Source: a bacterium (GTDB taxonomy: Bacteria > Planctomycetota > Planctomycetia > Pirellulales > UBA1268). Taken from it: a DNA stretch of 64,000 nucleotides. The stretch lies in the NCBI GenBank assembly GCA_029978085.1, contig JAPOJV010000001.1, positions 2,110 through 66,109 of the forward strand, read 5' to 3'. Below the pieces are notes generated by a model. It searched no databases, was not told the DNA's origin, and saw only the letters and a list, made by a program, of their open reading frames with translations. The position numbers and the translations under genes were made by a program. Positions 18,251 to 26,165 of the stretch are shown here, piece after piece. How positions within the stretch are numbered: position 1 is the first letter of the stretch; the number at the start of each line of letters is the position of its first letter.

Positions 18251-19057
18251 TCAGTAGAGCCACAGCCGCAGGCCGTCGCGTGATCGCCAGGCGGGCTGGG
18301 GCGTGTGGAGCATGAACCGGGCGAGGGATCGCGTTTCCGCGGCGCGGGAGCCGATCGCGGCCCATTCCCGCACCGATGCCCGTGCCAGCCGCGCGGCCGT
18401 GGGCCAGTTCCAGGCGTCGGCCACCTCGCGCCACAGCCGGTCGATGCACCGCCGCCGCACGTGGATCGCGTCGAGACCGTACCAGTCACCGCGCTGCTCG
18501 ATGAACGTGCCGTCGACCGCGGCGGCAATAGCCCGCAGCTCGTCGTCGAGCCACTCCGCCGCCTCCTTGAGCATGGGCAGCGGCAGCTGGCAGCCCGGCA
18601 CGAACGCAGTCCGCAGCGCCCGGTATCGGATAGCCCCCACGGAGGCGATGCTCGCCAGCGGCAGCCCGGTGATCGCGATGGTGACGCCGCGGTCGGCGAG
18701 CCGCTGCACGGCCTCACGAACGGCCCCGGCCACCTGCGCCACGCCGAGGCCGTAGAGCAGCTCGTTGCCGACGTCGGTTACGACGGCGACTGGTCGGGCG
18801 TTTGCTTCGGATGCGTTCTTGGCAAGTGATTGCCACAGGCCGCAGGCGAGAATCGACGGCAGCCGCCGCATCCACACGCGGCTGTTCACGCCGTAGGCCC
18901 GGCCGTGGCCGGCGGCGACGAAGAGATCCGCCGGGGACGCGGCCCGCGACCGCACCGTTGCGACGAGCCGCGATAGCCCGCGCGACACGTTGCTGGCCCC
19001 GAGCACGATCACCGTCTGCCGGTCGCCCTCCACGGCAGTCAGTTCCACCGCTGCCAC
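18251..19057 (-). CDS. SGNH/GDSL-like hydrolase family protein (start uncertain)
   Basis: ORF 18251..19147. I prefer the GTG at 19057 (or 19048) to limit overlap with the upstream gene, which ends at 19039. Blocks VIVLGASN, VTDVGNELLYG and LDAIHV resemble SGNH blocks I, III and V. Confidence 0.45.
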   Translation of the reverse strand: MAAVELTAVEGDRQTVIVLGASNVSRGLSRLVATVRSRAASPADLFVAAGHGRAYGVNSRVWMRRLPSILACGLWQSLAKNASEANARPVAVVTDVGNELLYGLGVAQVAGAVREAVQRLADRGVTIAITGLPLASIASVGAIRYRALRTAFVPGCQLPLPMLKEAAEWLDDELRAIAAAVDGTFIEQRGDWYGLDAIHVRRRCIDRLWREVADAWNWPTAARLARASVREWAAIGSRAAETRSLARFMLHTPQPAWRSRDGLRLWLY

Positions 19058-19815
19058 GGCGTGCCCGCCGAGAGGCTCTGGAAGCACGAGGCGGCGAGCA
19101 TCGCGAACATGATGCCGAGGAACGGCTCGCCATGCGTGTAGCCCCACCAGGCCACGGCGCCGCCGGCCACCACGCCGATGATGCCCGCGATCCGGTGGGC
19201 GTCGGACACGCCGGCCGCGAGCAGTCCCTCGCGCACGATCTGCCCACCGTCGAGCGGCGGCACCGGCACGAGATTGATGAGTGGCCAGAACACGTTCACG
19301 TAGAGCAGGAAGTCGGCGAGCGCGTAGGTGAATGGCGACGCAAACTCACGCCCCTCGTAGAGGCCGAGCGGCCTGCCGATCGCCTCCAGTGGAAAGGGCG
19401 CCATGGTGCCCGTGGCCTTGAGTCCGGCCACGATCGCCGCCGCGAAGGCAAACTGCGCGAGCGGCCCGGCTGCCGAAACGACGAGCCGCTGGAATGGCCG
19501 CAGGTATCCGCGTCGTCCCCAGGTCTCGGGCACAGCGAGGCCGCCGAAGTGATAGAGCACGACGTGGGCCGACTGGCCGAAGAACCGGTAGGCGAGGGCG
19601 TGGCCGAACTCATGCACGAGGAGCGACACGAACACGGCCCCCACCCAGAGCACGAGAAACTGGATCAACGCCCGCTGGTCACCCCGGGAATACGCCTGGC
19701 AGACGTTCCAGCCGATGAGTGCCGCTGCCAGCCAGAACCAGGCCGACACCCGCACGCGGACGCCCGCGAGCGAGAAGGAGAGGTCGGCGGCGGTGTCCTG
19801 CGGCTCGGCGAGCAT
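19039..19815 (-). CDS. Site-2 protease (peptidase M50) family membrane metalloprotease
   Basis: ORF 19039..19971 trimmed to ATG 19815 (MLAEPQD...), which avoids overlap with vapC. HEFGHAL zinc motif and NLVPVPPLDGG second motif; multiple TM segments. Confidence 0.8.
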   Translation of the reverse strand: MLAEPQDTAADLSFSLAGVRVRVSAWFWLAAALIGWNVCQAYSRGDQRALIQFLVLWVGAVFVSLLVHEFGHALAYRFFGQSAHVVLYHFGGLAVPETWGRRGYLRPFQRLVVSAAGPLAQFAFAAAIVAGLKATGTMAPFPLEAIGRPLGLYEGREFASPFTYALADFLLYVNVFWPLINLVPVPPLDGGQIVREGLLAAGVSDAHRIAGIIGVVAGGAVAWWGYTHGEPFLGIMFAMLAASCFQSLSAGTPWQRWN

Positions 19816-19904
19816 CGCCACAGTATGCCGTATTTTCGTCCACGGCTGTCGCGAACACCGCAACCCGGCCCGGAGTCGGCGGCTGCCGGCTGAAGGCCGC
19901 TCGT

Positions 19905-20300
19905 TCAGCGAAGCAGTGACATGCCGGCGTACTTCGCCGCCCCCGCGTCGAAGGTCACGGTTTCGGTGCATCCCATCGAAGAGGCGATCCGCTCGATGAG
20001 GCAGTCTGCAAAATCGGCTTTCCCATCGTCGAAGACCCGCACGGCACGGAGCACCTGATCGGCACGGTCCACCACGATCTGCTTTGCCCTCAGCAACGCC
20101 TCGAGAGCCTGCTTGACGTCATGGCCGGCGAGGCCATAGCAGGACGTCAAGACCCAGTACAGTTCGACCACCGAAACCACCGTGACAAAACCCGGACGCT
20201 CCGCATCCAGTGACTCGATCAATCGGGTGGCCTTCGGCGACTGCCTCGGGTCATCCTGCATGATGTAGCGCACCAGCACGTTGGTGTCGAGACAAATCAT
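19905..20300 (-). CDS. vapC: PIN-domain toxin VapC
   Basis: MICLDTNVLVRY... PIN N-terminus with acidic residues. 4-nt overlap with the upstream antitoxin gene. Confidence 0.88.
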   Translation of the reverse strand: MICLDTNVLVRYIMQDDPRQSPKATRLIESLDAERPGFVTVVSVVELYWVLTSCYGLAGHDVKQALEALLRAKQIVVDRADQVLRAVRVFDDGKADFADCLIERIASSMGCTETVTFDAGAAKYAGMSLLR

Positions 20301-20539
20301 CGCGCCGACGCCCCGCGCCGCGCAATGGCTGCATTCATCTCCTCGATCGATACCTTTTTGGCGGCCTTTCCGAACATGCCCTTGAGTTCGGTGACGCTGC
20401 GATTGGCCGCTACGAATTCATAGCGGCCCGGCGCGATCTGGATGAATTCCACTCGATCGCCGGCATCAACCTTGAGGTCATGCCGGACCTCCGCCGGGAT
20501 GGTGATCTGGCCTTTGCTGGTGAGCGTTGCAGTCGACAT
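20297..20539 (-). CDS. vapB: AbrB/SpoVT-family antitoxin VapB
   Basis: The LTSKGQITIPAEVRHDLKVDAGDRVEF swapped-hairpin motif, 80 aa. Confidence 0.85.
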   Translation of the reverse strand: MSTATLTSKGQITIPAEVRHDLKVDAGDRVEFIQIAPGRYEFVAANRSVTELKGMFGKAAKKVSIEEMNAAIARRGASAR

Positions 20540-20665
20540 GTCCGGCTCCGCTGTTCCTTACCCGATTGTAAGGCAAGCGATGTGCCGCTGCAATGAACCC
20601 GGCACCCGACCGGTCGCAGTCTGGGCAAGCGGGCAGGCCCCAGGGCTGCGTGATATCATGAAGCC

Positions 20666-21292
20666 ATGACCAACAGTATCCCCCCGAACGGCGTGAGCTC
20701 CCAAGATCGGGGGCCGGCGGCGAGCCGCTCACGAGCCTCCGGGAAGTTCGTGCTTCGCCTCGACCCGCACCTGCACGGCCTCCTGCGAGAGGATGCCCAT
20801 GCGGCGGGCGTATCGCTCAACGACTGGTGCGGACGCACGCTGACCGCCCCGGGGGCGGGAGGGCTCGATGCCGCCTCGACCGCTGTGCTGCCACTCCGCA
20901 CGCGGCTCGGCAGCGATCTGGAGGGAGTGATCATCTACGGATCGTTCGCGCGGGGCGAACTCGCTGCCGGGTCCGACGTCGATCTGCTCGTGGTGCTCGC
21001 GGCCGGCGTACCGATCACTCGCTCCCTCTACCGGGAGTGGGAGGGAGTGGTGCCCTCGTGGAATGGCCGCGAGGTCGATCTGCATTTCGTGCATCTGCCG
21101 GCTCCCGCCGACAGAGTCTCCGGGAGCTGGGCGGAGGCTGCCGTGTGCGGCATCGTGCTCTATGACCGCGACCTCGCCGTGTCGCGGCGACTCATCGCGA
21201 TCAGGGAGCGGATCGCCGCGGGCGAACTGACGCGGAAGATGGCGCAAGGCCAGCCCTACTGGATTCACGAGGATCGCGATGCGCAGCCCTGA
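20666..21292 (+). CDS. Fusion of a HicB/RHH-like DNA-binding segment with a minimal nucleotidyltransferase (MNT) domain
   Basis: N-terminal FVLRLDPHLHGLLREDAHAAGVSLNDWC (Arc/HicB-like), followed by IYGSFARGELAAGSDVDLLVV (GS-x9-DxD). Confidence 0.75.
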   Translation: MTNSIPPNGVSSQDRGPAASRSRASGKFVLRLDPHLHGLLREDAHAAGVSLNDWCGRTLTAPGAGGLDAASTAVLPLRTRLGSDLEGVIIYGSFARGELAAGSDVDLLVVLAAGVPITRSLYREWEGVVPSWNGREVDLHFVHLPAPADRVSGSWAEAAVCGIVLYDRDLAVSRRLIAIRERIAAGELTRKMAQGQPYWIHEDRDAQP

Positions 21293-21695
21293 ACTGGGAG
21301 CCGACTACATTCGCCGCGCGAAGGCCCGGCTGGCCGCGGTGGACGCGCTCTTTGCCGCACAGAGCTGGGCCGATGTCGTGCGCGAGTCGCAGGAAGTGGT
21401 CGAGCTGGCGCTCAAGGGTTTGTTGCGAATCGCTGGCATCGAGCCGCCGCGGATTCACGACGTATCGGAGGTGCTCGTGGCCGAGAAGTCGCGGCTCCCG
21501 CAGGCTGTGCAGCAGCATGTGGAAGCGCTCGCCGCCGGATCCCGCACGCTCCGCCGCGATCGCGAGCTGGCCTTTTACGGCGCCGAGGACCTGACGCCGT
21601 CCGGTTTCTACACACGGGACGACGCCGCCGCCGCCCGTGAGATCGCCCGCACGACGGTGGCAGCGGCGGAGCCTCATGTGCCGACCGTGCCCTGA
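21279..21695 (+). CDS. HEPN domain protein (cognate partner of the upstream MNT)
   Basis: 138 aa. GIEPPRIHDVSEVL and RRDRELAFYG are typical HEPN features. 14-nt overlap with the MNT gene. Confidence 0.75.
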   Translation: MRSPELGADYIRRAKARLAAVDALFAAQSWADVVRESQEVVELALKGLLRIAGIEPPRIHDVSEVLVAEKSRLPQAVQQHVEALAAGSRTLRRDRELAFYGAEDLTPSGFYTRDDAAAAREIARTTVAAAEPHVPTVP

Positions 21696-21701
21696 GCGGC
21701 C

Positions 21702-21994
21702 GTGCTGAACGCGGGTGACGGTTCGCTGCGGTGGGCGATCAATCAGGCCAACGCCAATTCCGGGGCCGATGAGATCGCGTTCGCCGTGCCCGGCGAAATC
21801 TCGCTCTCCTCCGCGCTTCCGGCCATCACCGACACAGTCACGATCAACGGCTCCACCGTGCCCGGCTTCACCGGCCCACCCGCGGTCACCGTCAACTTCC
21901 GCGGCCAGACCGGCCTGCGGTTCGCCCCCGACAGCGGCGGCTCCTCCCTCACGAGCCTGTCGCTCGTGCGGGCCACGTGGGCCGGCGTGACGCG
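21702..21994 (+). pseudogene. Fragment resembling the N-proximal region of a large beta-helix/adhesin-type protein
   Basis: GDGSLRWAINQANANSGADEIAFAVPGEISLSSALPAITDTVTINGSTVPGF... has no signal peptide and starts 7 nt after the HEPN stop. The rest of ORF 21702..22370 is antisense to lpxB. Confidence 0.4.
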
Positions 21995-23233
21995 TCATGC
22001 CGCGTCGCGGCCGGCCGTTGCTCGGCCTGCCAGCGTCGGCACGGCGTCACCCGCTGCGATCGCGAGCACGGCTGCGGCGGCGCGGTCCGCGGAGCCGCCG
22101 TGGGCCACTTCCTCGGCCAGTTCGTCGAGTCGGGCGACGATCGCCCGGCGTGACGCCGGCTCGGTGAGCCACTCCACGAGATGCCCGGCCGCACGATCGG
22201 CCGGATCGGCCACGGCCAGATACTCGGGGTACACCGCATCGGGGTCGGCCGGAGGCACGCCGACCGGCGGCCGCACGACGCCCTGCACCCGCTCGATCGG
22301 CTCGGCGGCCGCGAGCAGGTTCACGAGCGTGATGAACTTCACCCGCCGATACCAGCTCTGCACGACATAGGCGAGACCGCTGACCCGATAGACGATCACG
22401 GTCGGCACTCGGGCCGCGAGCAGCTCGAGCGAGACCGACCCGCTCACCGCGAGGGCAACGGCCGCCTGGCTGATGAGCTCGCGGGTGCGTCCGACCTCGA
22501 CGTCGATCTCCACCGGCTGCCGTTCGGCCGCGAGTGTGGCCCTGATCATGCGGGCATACCGCTCGTTGAGCGCTCCCACGACGAATCGTGCACCCGGCAC
22601 CCGCGCCTGCACCATGACCGCCGACCGGATCATCGACGCGAAATTGCCTTCGATCTCCTGGCTCCGTGAGCCGGGCAGGAGCAGCACGAGCGGCCGCGCC
22701 GTATCGACGCGGTCACCGCGGCGCGGCCCGCAGTCGAGCTCGTCGAAGAACGGATGCCCCACGAGCGTGCTCCGCATCCCCTGGGCCAGGAACCAGTCGT
22801 GCTCGAACGGCAGCGCCGAGAGCACGTGGTCGACGAGCCGCCGCATCTTGCCGATCCGCCAACTGGCCCAGGCCCAAATCTGCGGCGGGCAGTAGAAGAC
22901 GACCGGGATACCGTGCCGCTTCGCCCGCCAGGCGAGCCACCAGTGGAAGCCGGGAAAGTCGACGAGTACGACGACGTCGGGGCGGGCGTCGAGAAAGCTC
23001 CGCTCGGCCCGCCGCGCGAGGTCCACGAACCGGTGGATGTTGAGGATCACACGGAGGAACCACATCACGGCCAGCCGGGTGAGGTCCGCCACGAGCCGGC
23101 AGCCGGCAGCCTCCATGCACGGCCCCCCCAGCCCGACGCACTCGACATCGGGCCGCCGCGCGCGGAGCGACTCCACGAGCAGCGCCGCATGGTGGTCGCC
23201 CGAAGGCTCGCCGGCCGAGAGAAACACGCGCAT
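21995..23233 (-). CDS. lpxB: Lipid-A-disaccharide synthase
   Basis: MRVFLSAGEPSGDHHAALLVESL... N-terminus, GT19 family length (412 aa). Confidence 0.9.
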   Translation of the reverse strand: MRVFLSAGEPSGDHHAALLVESLRARRPDVECVGLGGPCMEAAGCRLVADLTRLAVMWFLRVILNIHRFVDLARRAERSFLDARPDVVVLVDFPGFHWWLAWRAKRHGIPVVFYCPPQIWAWASWRIGKMRRLVDHVLSALPFEHDWFLAQGMRSTLVGHPFFDELDCGPRRGDRVDTARPLVLLLPGSRSQEIEGNFASMIRSAVMVQARVPGARFVVGALNERYARMIRATLAAERQPVEIDVEVGRTRELISQAAVALAVSGSVSLELLAARVPTVIVYRVSGLAYVVQSWYRRVKFITLVNLLAAAEPIERVQGVVRPPVGVPPADPDAVYPEYLAVADPADRAAGHLVEWLTEPASRRAIVARLDELAEEVAHGGSADRAAAAVLAIAAGDAVPTLAGRATAGRDAA

Positions 23234-23234
23234 G

Positions 23235-23270
23235 AAAAAACTCCGCGGGGCCCGTCGGCCCCAGCGGAGT
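23235..23270 (-). terminator. Strong hairpin plus U-tract ending 1 nt before the lpxB ATG
   Basis: On the minus strand, ACTCCGCTGGGGCC-gacg-GGCCCCGCGGAGT (13 bp, one bulge) is followed by TTTTTC and then ATG. The 3' arm contains the only GGAG upstream of lpxB. Confidence 0.55.
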
Positions 23271-23459
23271 ATTTCAAGTCTCGGCGCCCGACCCTAGGCC
23301 AATTCAGCCGGGCGGAAGCCGCATATCCGGCGTGAACGATGCCCGTGAAGCCCGTGGCGCGAGCCGAGGGTATGCGGTCCGTTTCTCGTAAAGCCTCGCG
23401 GATTCCCTTAGCTCGCGCTTCGGGCTTCCAAGCAACCGGCTGACCATCGCCGACGACTG

Positions 23460-23903
23460 CTACTTTGCGGCCGGCTCGAAGCCCTTCTCGATGCTGCCGA
23501 AGACGAGCGTGACCTTCTCGTCATCCGACGCCTTCTCGACCTTGCCCTTGCAGTTGTTGCAGCAGAAGCCGACCTCGGCGTCGCCGATGGCGAGCTCCGT
23601 GCCGGCCTTCACCGGTCCGCCGCTGAACGGGCAGCCCTTCTGCTTGAGCTGGCCGGTGGCCACGAGCTGCTGGTGGGCCTTGGCCGCGAACGGCGCCGAG
23701 TCCTTCTCGAACTTGCCCGAGCAGTTGCCGCAGCAGAAGTAGACCTTGCCACCGGCGAAGTCGGCGGCCTTCTCGGGATTGCACTTGGCACCGGAGACCG
23801 GGCACTTCGCGTCCTTCGGCTCTTTCACGGCCGACATGGCGACCGACGAGCACACGACGGCGACGACCAACGCGACGAAAGGCAGGGCGTGACGATTCTT
23901 CAT
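23460..23903 (-). CDS. Secreted protein with two YHS/TRASH-like cysteine motifs (putative metal binding)
   Basis: ORF 23460..24218 trimmed to ATG 23903 (MKNRHALPFVALVVAVVCSSVAMS signal). Repeats CPVSG...GGKVYFCCGNCSGKF and CPFSG...EVGFCCNNCKGKV. AGGAG lies 9 nt upstream. Confidence 0.6.
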   Translation of the reverse strand: MKNRHALPFVALVVAVVCSSVAMSAVKEPKDAKCPVSGAKCNPEKAADFAGGKVYFCCGNCSGKFEKDSAPFAAKAHQQLVATGQLKQKGCPFSGGPVKAGTELAIGDAEVGFCCNNCKGKVEKASDDEKVTLVFGSIEKGFEPAAK

Positions 23904-23921
23904 GACTTGCGACTCCTGTGT

Positions 23922-24003
23922 GAAAAAGGTGCCAGCCACCTTTTGTCTGGAACGGGTCCGTGTCACCTGCGGCGACAGGCAAAAGGTGGCTGGCACCTTT
24001 TTC
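23922..24003. repeat. Inverted repeat, copy 2: 24-bp perfect arms, 34-bp spacer
   Basis: GAAAAAGGTGCCAGCCACCTTTTG (23922-23945) pairs with CAAAAGGTGGCTGGCACCTTTTTC (23980-24003). It lies between the MFS gene stop and the YHS-like gene start. Confidence 0.9.
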
Positions 24004-24091
24004 ACGGCCTGGACCTTCGTTAACGACACGATCATAGGCCCGCGGCGGCCGACGTCGCAATCGGCGAATCGGCCACGATTCCGGCCGGTCG

Positions 24092-25366
24092 TCACCGCCG
24101 CCGGGGCTCGGGGAGCCCCGTGGCCACAGCGGCCCCGGTCGCGATCACCGCCGCCCCGGCCAGGAAGACCGGCCGAAAGCCGACCGCATCGACCATCCAG
24201 CCGACGAGGGGCGAGCATACGAACGGGGCCGCGAGAGCCGCCCCGACGATGCTGACGTAGCGGGCGTGATCGCGAGGCCGGGGCGCGAGTTCGAGCGCAT
24301 AGTTCGTGAAGATCTGGAGTGAGATCGGATTGAGCCCGAGCATCAGGTAGACGATCCAGAACCAGTCAGCCGCGAGTGCGTGGGGGGCGAGCGACAGGCC
24401 AATGACCACCAGCGGCACGAGCGATGAGAGGGCCACGAGCCAGATGAGCACGATACGAGTGCCGCGGCGGTCGGCAGACGGCCCGGCGACGAGGCTCACG
24501 CATCCCGTCGACACGTTTTGAACGACGACCCACGTGAGCAGGCTCATAAGCGGCGTGCCGAGCCGGTCGCGGGCGAATGCCTGATAATGAGGGAACAGCA
24601 TGATCACGCCGGAGAAGCAGGCGGCGACGACCGCCAGCCGCACGAGCGCCCGATCCGCCATGAGCGTGTACCGCCATTCGGCGACGGCCTGTCTGAAGCG
24701 GGCCGCGACTCCCGACTCCCGCACAGCCGTGGCCTGCGTGAGCGGCGCGTCGGGCGGCTCATCGAGAAACGCCGGCACGATCGCCGCCAGGGCGAAGAAG
24801 GCGGCGGTCACTGCGAAGATCTTCGTGAAGCCGTCGGGCTCGGCGAGCCAGGGTCGCAGGAACAGGATCGCGGCGAGGATGGCGAGCAGGCTGCCCAGGG
24901 CGGCATTCACGACGAGCGACCGGCCGCGATGCCCCGGAGCGATGAGCTTGCCCTGCAGGGCGGCGGCGACGAGCTGCGAGAGACCGTTGCAGCCCGAGAA
25001 CGTCGCGTAGAGCACGAGGAACACCGCGGCGAGCAGAGCCGGCTGGGACCGCAGCGGTGTCCAGGCGCAGGCGAGGAGGGCGAAGCAGGCAGCCTTGGCG
25101 ACCGCCGCAGCCACGAGCAGCCACTTCTTGATTGGCCGACGGCCGACGGCCCCTGCGACAAACAGCGGTGGCAGGCTCTGGCCGCCACGGTTGAGCACGG
25201 GCAGGAGGCCGCGGAGCGTGCCCGAATCGACCACGGCGTCGAGCACGGCCGGCATGATGATCGTCTCGGTCTTGAAGATCCAGCCGACGCGGACGATCAC
25301 ATGGTAGAGCTCGAGACAGAGCGTGTTGCGCACCTCTCGCGGGCCGCGTGCGCTGGGCTCGCTCAT
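24092..25366 (-). CDS. MFS transporter
   Basis: 424 aa with about 12 hydrophobic segments and the typical MFS two-halves organisation. Confidence 0.75.
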   Translation of the reverse strand: MSEPSARGPREVRNTLCLELYHVIVRVGWIFKTETIIMPAVLDAVVDSGTLRGLLPVLNRGGQSLPPLFVAGAVGRRPIKKWLLVAAAVAKAACFALLACAWTPLRSQPALLAAVFLVLYATFSGCNGLSQLVAAALQGKLIAPGHRGRSLVVNAALGSLLAILAAILFLRPWLAEPDGFTKIFAVTAAFFALAAIVPAFLDEPPDAPLTQATAVRESGVAARFRQAVAEWRYTLMADRALVRLAVVAACFSGVIMLFPHYQAFARDRLGTPLMSLLTWVVVQNVSTGCVSLVAGPSADRRGTRIVLIWLVALSSLVPLVVIGLSLAPHALAADWFWIVYLMLGLNPISLQIFTNYALELAPRPRDHARYVSIVGAALAAPFVCSPLVGWMVDAVGFRPVFLAGAAVIATGAAVATGLPEPRRR

Positions 25367-25523
25367 GGGGTGGGCCGTTCGTCACAGAGCAGCAGCTCCA
25401 GGGAGCTACGGCGTTCGGCCGCCGTACGCGGAGAGGGCTGCCGCTCGAGTGCGGCGGCATCGGCCACGCGGAATGTGAGTTCGACTTCGTACACTGACAC
25501 GGTCACACGAGGATTGGCGGACG

Positions 25524-26165
25524 ATGATAGCAACCATGCGCGGAGAGACGTGGCGGCGGCTCATGCTCGTCCTCGCGGCAATAGCGATCAGCATCGTGGG
25601 CTGTGAGTCTCCTGGTCGTGGCCATCCGGCCGTCGGCCGCGGCGTCGGGTCGCTCCCCGTCGTGTCGCTCGGTGATCCCCGGGCGACCGCGCCGACGCTC
25701 ACCGGCAAGGTGACGCTCCTCAACTTCTGGGGCACCTGGTGTCCGCCCTGCCGCCGCGAGCTGCCCGGCCTCGTCCGGCTGGCCACCCAACTGGCCGACG
25801 AGCCGCGGTTTCAACTCGTGGCCGTGTCGTGCGGCACGGATGATCTCGACGAACTCGCCGCCACGACCGCCGCCTATCTCGTCGAGCACAATCTGCCGCT
25901 GCGGCCTTGGGGCTTCGCCGATCCGCCGGCCCGCAGCCTCTTTGCCTCGGCGTACGGCCTCGAAGCCTTCCCGACGACGTTTCTCATCGGCCCCGATTCC
26001 CGCGTGCGGCAGGTCTGGGTGGGCTATCGGAGCCGAGACGAGGCCGACATCGCCCAGGCCGTCCTGCGACTGTTGAAGGAACAGCCGCCTCCAGTCGGAG
26101 GAGCACCAGCCGCTACGTCGACTGATCCGCTGCCGACCGATCCAGCTCCGCCAGCCGCTCGATGA
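25524..26165 (+). CDS. TlpA-like thiol-disulfide oxidoreductase (redoxin), probable lipoprotein
   Basis: WGTWCPPCRRELP active site. Signal peptide ending SIVGC. Confidence 0.85.
   Translation: MIATMRGETWRRLMLVLAAIAISIVGCESPGRGHPAVGRGVGSLPVVSLGDPRATAPTLTGKVTLLNFWGTWCPPCRRELPGLVRLATQLADEPRFQLVAVSCGTDDLDELAATTAAYLVEHNLPLRPWGFADPPARSLFASAYGLEAFPTTFLIGPDSRVRQVWVGYRSRDEADIAQAVLRLLKEQPPPVGGAPAATSTDPLPTDPAPPAAR

Noticed and set aside
21995-22370. The remainder of ORF 21702..22370 as a full 222-aa gene
   Set aside because: After about residue 98 the sequence turns into an Ala/Ser/Arg-rich string that is simply the antisense of the lpxB 3' end. Only the first part resembles a real protein family.
24104-24120. 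GGGGCTC-ggg-GAGCCCC hairpin as a terminator for the MFS gene
   Set aside because: It lies inside the 3' end of the MFS coding sequence and has no U-tract. Inverted-repeat copy 2, downstream, is the more likely 3' structure.
26113-26165. 53-nt convergent overlap of the tlpA-like and thiE 3' ends as a regulatory antisense arrangement
   Set aside because: Both C-termini are low-complexity tails. Overlaps of this size between convergent genes are common in compact GC-rich genomes, and no additional structure was seen. A similar 19-nt overlap occurs at 45478-45496.
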